Positions 12,694 through 26,684 of a stretch of 64,000 nt of DNA are shown piece after piece. Source of the stretch: Octopus sinensis (lineage: Eukaryota); assembly GCF_006345805.1 (NCBI RefSeq), contig NC_043009.1, positions 68,758,001-68,822,000 of the forward strand. The letters run 5' to 3'. A program made the position numbers and the translations under genes. The notes beneath the pieces were generated by a model that was given only the letters and a program-made list of their open reading frames with translations, was not told the origin of the DNA and made no database searches. Position 1 is the first letter of the stretch. Each line of letters begins with the position of its first letter.

Positions 12694-12701
<8 letters not shown>
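12190..12701 (+). mobile_element. Penelope-like or fold-back insertion with a 29-bp inverted repeat and a hammerhead-like motif
   Basis: 12258-12286 is the exact reverse complement of 12673-12701; flanked by (TA)n; hammerhead-like fold at 12606-12668. Confidence 0.55.
12606..12668 (+). ncRNA. Variant hammerhead ribozyme motif
   Basis: AGAUAA-CCGAAGA-[GAUGCUG..GUGGA/UCCAC..CGGCAUC]-U-GAAA-CUC-A-GAGUU-UUAUCU. All three stems pair; the core has U4C and one extra U before GAAA. Confidence 0.5.
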
Positions 12702-12736
<35 letters not shown>

Positions 12737-13344
12737 GACGGGCTTCTTTCAGTTCCGTCTACCAAATCCACGGCCCGATGTTATAGTAGAAGACACTTGC
12801 CCAAGGTGCCACGCAGTGGGACTGAACCCGGAACCATGTGGTTGGTAGGCAAGCTACTTACCACACAGCCACTCCTGCGCCTATAAATTTTATGCGAGAT
12901 TATTTTATATTGCAACTTTACAAGTAAACATTCCTCTGCGTTTTTTTGTTTAGTTTTCTGTCTGCTGACTGTTCTCTGTTCGTTAAAAGTCAAGAAACAG
13001 CACGTTCTCTTCTTAAGCACGATCTGCCCTCATAATTGCATAAAGCTACAATTACATCTTTAGTTAATGCGCGCTGCTATCAATAAATATATCATATCAA
13101 CAAGAACAAACTTTGTTAGATTCTGCTGTTGTTGTTGTTGTTTGTTTTCTGTTGTTTTTGTAGTCTTCTTTTGCCTCAACAAAATGTCTGATAAATGTTA
13201 TCGAATCAAGGTCGAATGTCTTCATGCGCTTCCTAAGACTGATGGTACGACTACATTTTCTCTCTCTCTCTCTCTCTCCCTCTCTTTCCCACTCCCTCCC
13301 TCTCCCACACTCTCCCACTCTCTCTCTCTATCTATCTCTCTATC

Positions 13345-13382
<38 letters not shown>

Positions 13383-13667
13383 AGTCTGCCTATCTATCTC
13401 TCTTTCCCCCTCTCTCTCTCTCTCTCTCTCTCTACCTATCCCTCATTCCTACTCGCAATCACGTCTGCTCCATCTGCACGTATTTCCCTTTCTTGATCTG
13501 CGTCTTTCTCGCCCGACATTGATTCTATTTTCTCAATTTTCTGTCTTCTTTTTGCTCTCTCCTTTCTCTCCTTGTTTGTCTTTAACATATCTTTCATGCA
13601 AAACTTCTCTCTTTCAACTCTCTCTTTCACACTCACATATCTTTATAAACACACACCAAAAGATGCA

Positions 13668-13729
<62 letters not shown>

Positions 13730-13949
13730 ATGGCACTGATAGAGCAAATACCAGGCTTTAGAAACAAAAAGATACTGGGCTCGATTCAGCATGGCCACTC
13801 TCTAATGACTGAAACAAATAAAAGAAAATAAAAGATCTCCGACGATGATCCAGCTTCCAGTTGTCAAACGTTCAGAAAACTCTGGATACGTGATGTCAGC
13901 AGGAGCGGCAGAGCAAAAAGACTCCCATAATCATTGTATTATTTATATA

Positions 13950-14402
13950 CCGTAAATCTTAGAGTATAGTCCGCCCTTGAGTATAATACGCAGGGGATTT
14001 TTAGGGGGCTGTACCTCTGAAAAACCTAACCCTTGTGTATAATACGCACCCCTTCTCTAACTTGAGTCAAGGAGGTCTATATAACATCCTTGGTTCGTAA
14101 AAATGTATACGTTAAAGTCCTTAATTATTATTGTATATATAACATAATGCAAACGTGTAGCTTTTTTGTGCATTTTGTTTGCAGAAAATAAAGGAATAAC
14201 AGTAATAACATTTAATAAATGTTGCTTACTGCAAGTTATGGATGATTCTTTTATGACTTCATTGCTTTCCGGCTTAGCTTAAGGTATTTTCGCGCCCGAC
14301 ATCACAAAATGCGTCTGAATAAACATTGCCGGACAGCAAATAGAGACTCAGACATTGCTTAGAAAATACTTTTCATTTTTAACCTCGTGTATAATACGCA
14401 CT
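13950..14402 (+). mobile_element. Tc2/pogo-like non-autonomous DNA transposon, left part
   Basis: Terminus TA|CCGTAAATCTTAGAGTATAGTCCGC; subterminal motif gtataatacgca at 13981, 14037 and 14389. The right end is lost under a SINE. Confidence 0.55.
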
Positions 14403-14411
14403 AAGGATTTT

Positions 14412-14666
14412 GATATAGTCGATATAATCGACGCAAACCGTTTGTCTGTCCTTGTTTGTCCTCTCTGGTGTTGCCCCTTATGGGCAGTAAAGAAGTAGTT
14501 ATTTCGTCTGACGTTACGTTCTGAGTTCAAATTACGCCGAGGTCGACTTTGTTTTTCATCCTTTCGGGGTCGATAAATTAAGTACAAGTTGCGTAGTGGG
14601 ATCGATCTAATCGACTGCCCCCTCCCAAAAAATTTCGGGCCTAATGCCTAGAGTAGAAAAGATTAT
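14412..14666 (+). mobile_element. SINE family B, 5'-truncated dimer
   Basis: Matches 8780-9040. Confidence 0.8.
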
Positions 14667-14977
14667 TTGTATACGTCGAAGTGTAGAAATTGATCATTTG
14701 CAGTATTAACTGGAGCATTAAGAAAAGATATATGCAGTAAATTTATTTTGTAAAAGAAAAAACTTTACAAGCGTTCTCGAATTATTGAAATTGGCATTAA
14801 AAGTGGAATTTAAAATTAACTTAAGATGAACTTACGACTGTCATAATAAGTAATTACAGAAATAAATACTTAGTAATTATAACGAAAATATTTTTGTGTA
14901 AAGCAATTTGCGGAAAGACGCATAGAAGTAGTTTTTACGAAATCACTTTGAAAAATATTTTATAGAGCAACTAACAT

Positions 14978-15009
14978 TATGACCCGTCGTTGCCGGGTCA
15001 TAGTGCTAG
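14978..15009 (+). mobile_element. Helitron 3' terminus (hairpin plus CTAG)
   Basis: tatgacccg-tcgttgc-cgggtcata-gtg-CTAG|T. The 5' TC end was not located. Confidence 0.7.
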
Positions 15010-15037
15010 TGCATGTATATATGTGTATATATATATG

Positions 15038-15104
<67 letters not shown>

Positions 15105-15457
15105 ACATATTACATGTACATCTATATATATATACATCTACACATAAAATACAAAATACAAAGTTATATCTTGATATCGCTAGTGATAACAATACTCAAA
15201 ATATATAACAGACTGGAATTGTAGGCCCGTCTCTTGCAATTTCGATCAATTGTATCTTGTCCTCCCTCTTGTATAGAAGTGTGGCTACAATCCAACCTAC
15301 CTCTGCTTCTGGGGGGACATTTTTTTTATTTTTATCCGGGACGTCCTACGTCTCAGATATAAAGGTAAAAATAAAATATTTCCACTTTGCAAGGTTCGAG
15401 TCGAGTACTCCCTTGCACGCTCTGTTGACTCGAACCTTGCTTCTATTGTGGCGAATT

Positions 15458-16345
15458 TACCGCTCCATTAACCACTACTGCCTGACTCCTATCTTTCAGG
15501 AAGTCATGTAACCACACTCCAAGTTTTCCAGCTATGCCGAGGTCACGCAGTTTGTGGCATATCATACCATGATCCACATTGTCAAAAGCTTTTGCAAAAT
15601 CAAGGTAGATTACGTCCACATTTGATTTGTTGAGTAACTGCCTCAACACCCAGTCATAATGTTGTAAGAGCTGGGTCAGGCAGCTCCTACCTGGTCGAAA
15701 ACCATGCTGGGTATCACTCAGCAAGTTATTTTCCTCAAGGAATGCGATTAGTTTCTTTCTGACTATCCGTTCCATGACTTTGCTGATGTGTGAAGTCAGA
15801 GAGATAGGCCTATAGTTTTTGGCATCTGCTCTACTTCCCCCTTTATGTATTGGGCATATTATTCCCTCCTTCAGCTTGCTTGGCAGTTTGCTATTCGCAA
15901 GAAAGCTCTGGAAGAGAATCTTGAGGGGTTTTGCCAGGGCATGCTGATACGCTTTGAGGAGGATGGCTGGGAAACCATCTGGACCAGCAGCTGAGTTTGT
16001 GTCCACTTCATCTATGGCTAGTAGGACATCTTTTTCGCTAATGTCAATACATTCTATTGTAACCGCCTCGCTGGTTATAGGTGAGGCGGCAAAGAAGTCC
16101 ACTGGTTCGTTCACTTGTCTGTGTTCCAACGGGGTGGTAAAGACAATTTTGAACTGGTCATTCAGCATCTCACTGATCTTAGTTGGACTGTCTGTGAGGG
16201 AGCCATCCTTTTGGAGGAGGGGTCCTATCTTGTAGTGCACTGAGACTGTTTCTTTCGCGTAATGAAAGAAGGCCTTTGGGTTTGATTTAATGATTTTTAT
16301 AACCCAGGCTTCTTTGTCTGCTTTCTCCTTCACATAGGATTGTTG
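15458..16345 (-). mobile_element. CR1/L2-group non-LTR retrotransposon fragment, N-terminal half of the RT (ORF 15443-16369)
   Basis: Motifs AAGPDG, ICPIHKGG...NYRPISLTS..SKVMER, QHGFRPGRSC, IYLDFAKAFDNVDH. It ends before YADD. Confidence 0.9.
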
Positions 16346-16864
16346 CAGCCTTTGCACGCACGCATACATACATACTTTGTATATTTCTAACGGACAAGAT
16401 ATAAATGAATGTGTTTATGGAGTAACGTGAGGTATTGTTTGTGAACACATCAGCTATTTGTCTGCTCTCGAATATATAACGTAATTGTATCTCCTCCAAC
16501 GTTTATTTAGCAAACCTCCAAGATAACGTGTTGCAGACTAAATTGTTTGAGAGGTCTTGGTGTACAGAAAAGCCAATGTTTTTCTCGACTTAGGGAAAAC
16601 CGAGACGTCTTTTATTCGATCTAACTTATTGTCCCGACTTTTCATGTTCTGCAAGCAACACATTCTTTCTTTCTGAATATCGTAAAGCAAGATGTAAACA
16701 GGAGTAGAAAAATAAATTTTGATAACTTTAATTGATAGCGACAGAAGCGGTATTAATATACGAAACGGTAATCTCGATCTCGTTGGGGTTGTGTTAGAAC
16801 AAAGAATACTGCGTTCTCTCATAAAGGACTAGTGGTGCATAAAAGCACACGTATCGCGTCCGCT

Positions 16865-16968
16865 ACGGTGGCGGCGGCGGTGGCGACGGTGGCGGTGGCG
16901 GTGGTGGTGGTGGTGGTAGTGGTGGTTTTGGTGGTGGTTGAGGAGGAGGAGGAGGAGGAGGAGGAGGA
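16865..16968. repeat. (GGC/GGT/GAG)n trinucleotide tract
   Basis: Direct reading; explains the poly-P ORF. Confidence 0.9.
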
Positions 16969-17134
16969 AGAAGACTTACAACCAAAGAAATATATCTCTT
17001 AATACAATAAATGTTTTTAACGATTACGGAACCAATGTTAAAATGTAAATATTTTTGCACTCAAATTCTCGAAGTTGTGATTAACAAAAGAAATATTTAT
17101 CTTGGAATTCAATTTATTTTCAAAACACAACCAA

Positions 17135-17259
17135 TGAGAAGCTTGCTTGGGTTCGATCCCATCGCGCAGCACCTTGGACAAATGTCTTCTCCTATAACCC
17201 GGGACGACTAAAGCTTTATGGCTGCATTTGGGAGACGGAAATTGAAAGAAGCTTATTAT

Positions 17260-17304
<45 letters not shown>

Positions 17305-17505
17305 TGTGTGTATCTGTCCGTCCGTCTGTCTGTCTGTCTGTCCGTTGCCCTTCACCGCTTGACAAGCAGTGTTGGTTTGTGTTTAAGTACCTGTAAAATA
17401 CCGGACTTTAAAAGTACGGACTCGAATCTATTTCTTCAACTGAAACCTTTCAAGGTGATGATCCAGTATGGCCGCTGCCCAATGACTGAAACAATTAAAA
17501 AAGAT
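17135..17505 (+). mobile_element. SINE family A, diverged
   Basis: Both halves are present around a (TG)n tract. Confidence 0.7.
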
Positions 17506-17687
17506 AAAAATATTATTTTGGACCATCATGAATTTATGCGGAAAAAATATAAGCCTCAATAGAGCCATAGCTGATGGCTGTGCCCCAGCATGGCCAAAGC
17601 CCACTCATGTTTTCATCATTCTATCTTTTACTTGTTTCAATCATTAGACTGCGACCATGCTGAGGTACTAAGTTGAAGGGTTTTCAC

Positions 17688-17891
17688 CAGTGGTTTGCAA
17701 CCCTAACCCTTTGATTCCAATTTTACACTACTGAACATCCGTGATCATTCGTCGTATATAAAAAGAATTCCTAAATGTTGTTATAAATCGTATAAATAAT
17801 TGTTATATTATTCTGTGTAGAAATATAATTAATTTATTGTTCGGAAATTTTAACAACAAAGTCTTATATGGACGTCACTTAAGAACCACTG
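17688..17891. mobile_element. hAT-like MITE
   Basis: Imperfect TIRs cagtggtttgcaac / cttaagaaccactg; no clear TSD. Confidence 0.5.
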
Positions 17892-17899
17892 GATTAGTC

Positions 17900-18200
17900 G
17901 AATAATTCGACCCTAATAATTAATCTTTTAAAACCTGGCACTTATTCTATCGATCCTTTTTGCCGATCTGCTAAGTTAACAAATAACACCCGTTACCAAG
18001 CGGTGGGAGACAAACACAAAGACACACACACACACTTGTACATCTGTGTGTGTTTGACGGGCTTCGACACAGTTTCTGCTTACAAAATTCACTCACTAGG
18101 CACTGGTCGAAAAAGACATTTGCCCAAAGTGCCGAGCAATGGGATTGAACCCGAAACCACATTGTTGCCAAGCGAGCTTCTTAACCATATAACCATATCT
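17900..18200 (-). mobile_element. SINE family A, diverged
   Basis: Similarity to family A. Confidence 0.7.
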
Positions 18201-18959
18201 GCTCTTCTAAGTCAACCCTACCTCTATAACCACACACATTCCGTATGTAAGGTGTTTTATTAGATATTTTTTATTATCTGTTTCAGCCATCTGGTAGTTT
18301 TATTCATGATATCTGCAAACATGAATATCTTTACGTGCTTTTTGACGAGGGTGGTGTACAAAAGAAGACGTCCCCGCCCCTAGAGTATTAAGACGAAATG
18401 CGATGTAATTCGTGGGTCCATGGGTCACCTAATTTCTGGTGCTGCAGCACCCATAACACCTATCTAGAGACTGCTCTACCCTAGATAAAGCTCATGATAG
18501 GCGAGAAGAAGAGCCAGTAAGCTTGAAACCGTTTTTCTCTCAGACATTAAAAAGCAAATGATGATGATTCCTAATCTTAAGCGCTTCTCAAAAACGATTT
18601 TGAAAGCGCGTGGCCTAGTGGGTACGGCGTTGCACTAGCGATTCCAAGATCTGGATTTCAATTCCAGCCGCGAGCGGTGCTTTGCGTTTTACGTTGCTTC
18701 ATTCCGCTCAGCTGTAACTGAGGATCTGGAGTCCCGTTCAGGGTGAATGTTGAGATCTCGGTCACTTAATTGCCATGGAAACCGAGTAACTGGCCCTATG
18801 AATCCTTGGACTCGAGACTATGCTTACATTTTTTTTTTTTAGGGGAATTATTATTTCTTTATATTTAATAGTTTCTCTCTGACAGAAAGTCATTTGTTCG
18901 CTTGCTTGAGCATCCCGGTGTCTATCTCCATTCTGTTTTCTCTGTTCACAAATTGTCTT

Positions 18960-19185
18960 CACGTCCCAATTGCATTCGGCAAACTGGTCTGCTCTGACGA
19001 GCAGTATCTAGTGGGGTGTGTGGAAAGTGTTCTTGCAGCTGTCTCCTTCAATCTGGAATAACGACAGTTGACAGGTCAGCTTTTTAGACTTGTAGTAATG
19101 ATATACTAAAATTACAATAACCGAGGACAGTTATTATGACTGCCTCTCCTAAAAAAGTCTCAAAACTTCTGGAATGCACCTCGTA
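18960..19185. mobile_element. Mariner-like MITE end
   Basis: Terminus caaaacttctggaatgcacctcgTA resembles a mariner TIR; the partner end is uncertain. Confidence 0.35.
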
Positions 19186-19980
19186 CAGGATTGCTGTTTT
19201 CCAGAGTTTCCTGATTTGGTTAGACAAAGTCAAAATACTCGACGGGTTTGAAAATATATTTTGAGACATCGAACTAATAAATGAGAATATTTAGTTCTTT
19301 ATTTAGAACTAACCAAGACTAAAGAGAGAAAAACTCGCAGGAAAAGCTAACAACCCCAATCGCTTCGTGTCAGAGTTTATTAAGATATTGTCAGTATTTA
19401 TTAGGAGAGAGCAGGAGTTTAAACGTTGAGGACTTTTTCATAATTGCATAAGACCACTGTCTATTCAGAAGAAATTGCAGAAGTTAATATGATGGTACAT
19501 GGTGGCGCTATGGACAGAATAGCAGGATTACTCCCCCTAATTGATTGATTGCTAAGAAGAAAGGTATCAAAAGAATATTTTGCTCACGAACTCGAGCAAA
19601 GTCTAAACTGATGTAATAACGCTAAAGCAAGAAGACGATGGCACTTCGTTATTTTGTTTCCGATACAACGCAAATATCTTAATTACATTATTTATTTATT
19701 CTAAATTTCTCAGTTATCAACTCATCTGTGTTTGGGATAAAAAGATGAAAGAAAACAGTTTGTAATGCAATTACATCTTCATTTGCACATCCTCACATGT
19801 TCCCGTCATTCCTTGCGAAATGGCGTCACTAGACGCATAAAAGAAAAAAAAAAGATCCTCAGACGCCATTTTTAACAAAACAAAATTCTGTTTGGATGGA
19901 TGGATAGATGGATAGATGGATAGATGGATGGATGGATGGATGGACACTTGCTTATATACACATACATGTGTGCGTGTGTG

Positions 19981-20034
<54 letters not shown>

Positions 20035-20585
20035 TTATGAAGCATCTTCCATCATGAAGTTATTTTCAAGAATGTTTTTCATTTAATTCGCTTCCTAAAA
20101 TCATTGGTATATAAATAGAATTGCTTTTATTCCTTGATTTCATGTAAAAAAAAAAAAACCCCAACGACTGAAAGCCTTGCCTAATCCATTCCATCTGGTG
20201 TGAGCTGTTCTCGCAACCTCTATTCTTTTAATCTCTCTCACATATATATCTTTTTTATAAATTTTCACATATATGTATGTATGTACGCATGTTTGTACGC
20301 ATGCACTTTATTGTGTCTGTATACTTGCGGGTCATTGGTTTCAGCCATGATCATGCTCCCGAAATTCCACGAGGTAAAAAAAGCATAATTTTTAAAACCC
20401 GGTCAGGTTAACGCTACGTTTGTAAGTAAAAGGTGTTTCTCTTATTTATAACTGAAAAAAAATAAACCAGTTACTGATTTAGGGTGGTAGAGTCGGCATA
20501 ATTTTAGAAGAAAATGTTTAAAAAGAAATTTTAAACGGTCTTCTGCGCCTGCACGTCTGTTGTTGACGGCGCCACATGTTGTATG

Positions 20586-21425
20586 TTATTATTCAGTTTA
20601 TTTCAAGATTTCTTGCCAGAGAAAAAGAGCCGGTTTCTAACCTAGACACAAGGCCCCTTCATTGGAATATCGACATCAGGGTATTAGTGCATGTTTGTAC
20701 GAATATTCCCAATATTTGAAGTGAGTTGATACGCAGACTTGTGTTTTGTTTTATGTATGTATTCTCATACACATAGTTATATGTCTTGACTTCAACGTTA
20801 AACTTCTAAAATGTTTTATAAATTTTGACAGTTCCAGTGATGGCTTGAATTTGTAATCTTCGAATTAGCTTTTATCCTTCTGGTTTTGAGAAGCCTAATT
20901 TCTCAAGATTAGTGCGCGGGTAGTTTGTTACATATCCCAGTGTCCCAATAATTGCAAATATAATCCAGGTAGAGTAACTGTAAACTTCTCAATAGTTCAG
21001 CCTAGGTATTTTCTTTTTCGCAGATCTTTTAGCTTTATGTTGATATCCATTTGAGAAATGATTTCGACAACCGTTCAGAGTTTCTCTTCTCTGACTCAAA
21101 TCACTTGTCGGATCTATTATGTTTACAATTTACTGGGGCTTTCGCTGGGGTAATCTTTCATATCATGAGTGGCTATGGCCTCGGCCATACTGTAGGTTCT
21201 TATCTCTTTGGCCTCGACAGCAACATCTTCTCTTATTCGTAGATAATAACATTTTTTGACAACTGCTTATGATACGAGTAATATTTTCAGTGTTAAATTC
21301 ATAAGGTGTGCATTGGTTATCACATTTTGGTGTTTTCCTGTGTCGTCTCTGTCCGTTTTGTGCATCAAGTATTTGGCTGCTATTTCTTGTTCCTGGATTG
21401 CAACCGGATACACATCAAAGTAGTT
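20586..21425 (-). mobile_element. R4/Dong-type RLE-LINE, 5'-truncated and decayed (3' end present)
   Basis: AIQEQEIAAKY motif (ORF 21267-21656); colinear with the copy at 54592-55467. Confidence 0.75.
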
Positions 21426-21433
21426 TATGTATG

Positions 21434-21467
<34 letters not shown>

Positions 21468-21905
21468 TGTATGTATGTATGTATGTATGTATGTATGTAT
21501 GTATGTATGTATGTTTGTATGTATGTATGTATGTATGTGTGTGTATGTATGTATGTGTGTATGTGTGTGTATGTATGTGTGTGTGTATGTATGTATGTAT
21601 GTGTGTGTATGTATGTGTGTGTATGTATGTATGTATGTACGTATGCATTCATGCATGTATGCATGTATGTGTGTGTGTATGTGTGTGTATGTATGTATGT
21701 ATGTGTGTATGTATGTATGTATGTATGTATGTGTATGTATGTATGTATGTATGTATGTGTGTGTATGTATGTATGTATGTTATGTATGTATGTATGTATG
21801 TATGTATGTATGTATGTATGTATGTATGTATGTGTGTATGTGTGTATGTATGTATGTATGTATGTATGTATGTATGTATATACGTATGTATGTATGTATG
21901 TATGT
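21426..21905. repeat. (TATG)n/(TG)n tract
   Basis: Direct reading. Confidence 0.95.
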
Positions 21906-22107
21906 GCAGATTTGTATGTTTTATGTATGTATTCTCATGCATATAGCTGCATATCTAGACATGCTCATATATACATAAATGATAAACTTCTGAAAAGTTT
22001 TGCAGATTTTTATAGTTCTAGTGAAGAATTGGATCTGTAATCTTCGAATTAGATTTCCTCTTTTTGGTTTTGAGAAGCCTAATTTCTCAAGATTGTTATT
22101 TAGGCAG
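21906..22107 (-). mobile_element. R4/Dong-type LINE, short C-terminal/3' UTR fragment
   Basis: Encodes CLNNNLEKLGFSKPKRGNLIRRLQIQ; similar to 20733-20910. Confidence 0.7.
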
Positions 22108-22361
22108 TGTGTATGAATGTATGTATGTATGTATGTATATATGTATGTATGCATGTATGTATGCATGTATGTATGCATGTATGTATGTATGTATGTATGT
22201 ATGTATGTATGTATGTATGTATGTATGTATGTATGTATATTTCTTTGGTATTAATAATTCACGCCGATCACTAAGTGGCATGGCTTTTTAGCTTAAATCG
22301 AAACAGTTCTTGGTGCTTGTGGTTTCCTGAATTAGTTGATGTATGCATATATACATGCGTG

Positions 22362-22444
<83 letters not shown>

Positions 22445-22799
22445 AGTGTGTGTGCGCGCGCGTCTGAATAAACTTACAGTGGTATGAATCATTACAGAAC
22501 ACGAATTCGTACGGACCATTACTATTTATGAGGAAGCGTGCATATGTAAATTCTGTGTTGCCAGATGGTCCTGGCACCGCTGCCCTCACTTTGACGAAAT
22601 AAAGTCGACCATGTTGAAAGAGGGAGAGTTCTGAGCATTGGCAGGGAGATGGGAAAGTCTCCCAACAGAATGTTTCTTTCTGGGGTCACCCTGGAACATA
22701 TCAACCCTCTTCTTCTCGGCTTGTCGAGGAGGTCATCTGTGAACCGGAAGACGTTGTTGAAATATCCGTTTATCTGTCTTCGCTTCTTGACTCTGTCTG

Positions 22800-23332
22800 T
22801 TTGTCTCTTTCTCTCCCTCTCTCTCTATCTCTCTCTCTTTCACACACACTTCTCTCTTCTATTTCTCTCTCTCCCTCTCTCTCCCTCCCTTTCCCTCTCT
22901 CTCCCTCCCTTTCCCTCTCTCTCCTTCTCTCTTTCCCTCCCTCTCTTCCCTCTCTCCCCCTCCCTCTCTCTCTTTCACACACATCTCTCTCTTCTATTTC
23001 TCTCTCTCCCTCTCTCTCCCTCTCTCTCTATCTCTGTCTCTCTCCCTCTCTCTCTCCCTCCCTCTCTCTCTATTTCACAAACTTCTCTCTTCTATTTCTC
23101 TCTGTCTCCCTCTCTCTCCCTCTCTCTCTCTATCTCTCTCTCTTTCACATACTTCTCTCTTCTATTTCTCTCTCTCCCTCTCTCCCCTCCCTCTCTCTCT
23201 CTCTCTCTTTCACAAACACTTCTCTCTTCTATTTCTCTCTGTCTCCCTCTCTCCCCCTCTCTCTCCCTCCCTCTCTCTCCCTCTATCTCTCTCTCCTTCA
23301 CACACTTCTCTCTTCTATTTCTCTCTCTTCTA

Positions 23333-23363
<31 letters not shown>

Positions 23364-23398
23364 TTCACACACACTTCCCTCTTGTATTTCTCTCTCTT

Positions 23399-23442
<44 letters not shown>

Positions 23443-23447
23443 CTCTC
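22800..23447. repeat. Degenerate (CT)n satellite with a recurring tttcacacac..ttctctcttctatt subunit
   Basis: Direct reading. Confidence 0.9.
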
Positions 23448-23690
23448 TCAACAAGATCGGCAACAGCAAAGGTGTATCAGAGTATGTGAAAAAATGCAAA
23501 GATCGAGTGGTATGAAAACTTCAAGAGAGAAATTTACAAAATGTGCAAAATAGAAAAGCTCGAAGCGCTATCAGCCGGCAGCGGTGAGGGCCGACATCTT
23601 CAGTCGATGGTGGAATTACGAATACCTGGGATTCTGAGGAAAGTCTTTGAAATATAAGAAGAAGGGAAAAAAAATCTAAGGAACTTTTAG

Positions 23691-24172
<482 letters not shown>

Positions 24173-24200
24173 TTGAGAAAAAAAAAAAAATAAAATAAAA

Positions 24201-24384
24201 TTATGACAATGGTTTCGTGTTTTGGCACGAGAGCAGCAATGTCGGGGTCCTGGGGTGAATCGATTACATCCACTCCAGTGTTCAACTGGTACTTACTTTA
24301 TCGACCCCGAAAGGATGAGAGGCAAAGTCGACTCCGGTGATATTTGAACACAGAAGGAAAAAATCAGAAGAAATGCCGCTAAGC

Positions 24385-24385
<1 letters not shown>
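24201..24385 (-). mobile_element. SINE family B, partial
   Basis: Similarity to family B. Confidence 0.7.
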
Positions 24386-24450
<65 letters not shown>

Positions 24451-24476
24451 GATGATGATGATGATGATGATGATAG

Positions 24477-25081
24477 TATTGCCCTGATACAGTACCAGAC
24501 AGTGGCTCTCATGGCTTCTGATCTTAACTGATTGGAAGTGTTATCATGTACATTGTTTTGTCTTGGCATAAAAGATGGGCTACAGAAAATATTCTGCTCA
24601 ATACCACAGATTTGCTTGTCAGTTGTTTAACCTTAACCAGTTGAGCATGTCCCTTAGTGGCTGACGATATGTGCATCTCTGATCACGAGCAGAAGTAGTG
24701 GGGGAGCATCATAGCCATGTGTTGAGAGGGATTCTTTGAGGTTTGAATGATTCACCTCTGAAAACATGGGTGTTTCGTTCAACATCCTTAAATAACCCTT
24801 ATTCAGGGACCTTCTGAGCGGGATGGGTTACTCGACTAGAAGAAAATTCTAACTGGGCCCCACCTGCAAGATCATGTGCTGTTTATCTTGATATGAGATC
24901 ACCATGTCGCGCACACATGGTTGTGATGCATGTGCCTAGTGTACCTTTATCAGACGGGTAGTCATGATGGGTATACTGGGTTTCGTATATTTTACCCAAG
25001 TGTCACTTTGATGGCATGCACTGCTCTCGCACTCAATAATAATAATAATAATAATATAATAATAATAATAATAATAATAAT
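24477..25081 (+). mobile_element. Interspersed repeat ending in (AAT)n, probably a LINE 3' UTR
   Basis: A second diverged copy lies at 34502-34969 on the minus strand; simple-repeat tail. Confidence 0.65.
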
Positions 25082-25165
25082 TCTTTCCTTTTCCCCTTTA
25101 TTTGTTTACTTTTCTATTCAATGGAAACAATTGAAAGATGCTAATGAAAATTATGATAGTAGTAA

Positions 25166-25223
<58 letters not shown>

Positions 25224-25823
25224 TTTCTTGATAATTATGTAGTAAGCTATGTAAAATATCTTCTCTGAAGTCGAAAGCCTCCCTGAGAAATTCACCATCA
25301 CTTTCCATATTTCTCTTTCAAGTTACATTAAAAAGCCGAAACAACAAATCTCTTCAACAAATCGTGGAATTTATCATTATTTTTATTTTCTATTTTCAAA
25401 ACTGTGGTATTTAAAAAATATTTTTGGATTTTCTCTGAACATTCTTTATCATTTATTCGAAATTTTTCTTTCTTCTACAATATTTTTCCTTTGAAAACTT
25501 TTAGTTATTTTTATCTACTTTAGTTGTACGTTGAGGGCGGGAGTATTTGGGAATAAAATTACAAGGTTCTGGATTTCGGGCTGATGTGGATTTTCAGCTG
25601 TTGATTGGACAACCTGCAAGTCTCATGGATCGAATAGTCTTGACAAACAATTTCTGGATGGTGGTGCCACATCCGGCTGTCAGAGGTCTGGCGCAGTTTA
25701 CGAATTTCTGACTATTCCTGTCGAAGAAACAAGAGAAAAGAAATTAAATGTGATGCAATTTCCTTCCATCTTCCATCTTCTCTCTCTCTTTCTCTCTATC
25801 TATCTATCTATCTATATATCTCC

Positions 25824-25856
<33 letters not shown>

Positions 25857-25973
25857 TCTCTCCCCCTCTCTCTATCTCTATCTCTCTCTCTATCTCTCTA
25901 CCTCTCTCTCTCTCTCTCTATCTATCTCTCTGAACATATTAGTATTATATGTATACCGGGAGTATGTCCATAG

Positions 25974-26610
25974 TTGTCCATAGATATCCTCTTTTTCTTT
26001 GATTTTCAAAGAGATATTTATATCTGCAGGGCAGCTAACACCTACGATGGTACATACTTTTGCCCCTCTCTCCCAAACAACAATATTCGACCTGTTACAT
26101 TTGACAGAAGTTTTGATAGGAATGTTCCACCAGTATTCTATGAGTTGGTGTTTATGAATGCATTTCCATAACAGAGGGGTTTTCTAGGTTTACTTCAGGG
26201 CAGTCGTTCTTGCGGGTGGTATTGATTTAGCACCAACATCGTGCCGCATACGGAGGTAGTACCGTGACGTCATTTTAAGACAGCTGTTAATCACATGCGT
26301 GATGTCTTCCACAGAAACATGACGTAGCCTACACATGTGGTTGTACCTTGGGATTACAAGAGCGGCACCGTTTCTTTTGTTTACCAGGTACTTCCTGGAT
26401 TGCAAACGCCTAACCCTCAAAGTGTGATGTAGTGGTCTTGTGTCCAAGAGAGGCTGCGCTTCGTGTCAATTCTACTGTCTTCTTCGAGCTTCCGGGCAAC
26501 ATACCCATGCATAGTCTTTTTTTTTTTTTGTATGCTGAGTGCTTCCCATCATTTCTTATCACTCATTCTCTTAGCATAAATAATTGGCTTAAGACTGCTC
26601 TGTTGAAAAG

Positions 26611-26684
<74 letters not shown>

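Larger units (their letters stand above)
11906..12881 (-). mobile_element. SINE family A split by an insertion in its internal microsatellite
   Basis: 3' half at 11906-12120 and 5' half at 12736-12881, same strand and in the correct order. Confidence 0.8.

Noticed and set aside
22480-22790. Possible exon or RT/APE fragment (minus strand FNNVFRFTDDLL...NILLGDF; donor-like gtaagt near 22475)
   Set aside because: The two motifs point to different protein families and the surrounding residues fit neither. Left uncalled pending BLAST.
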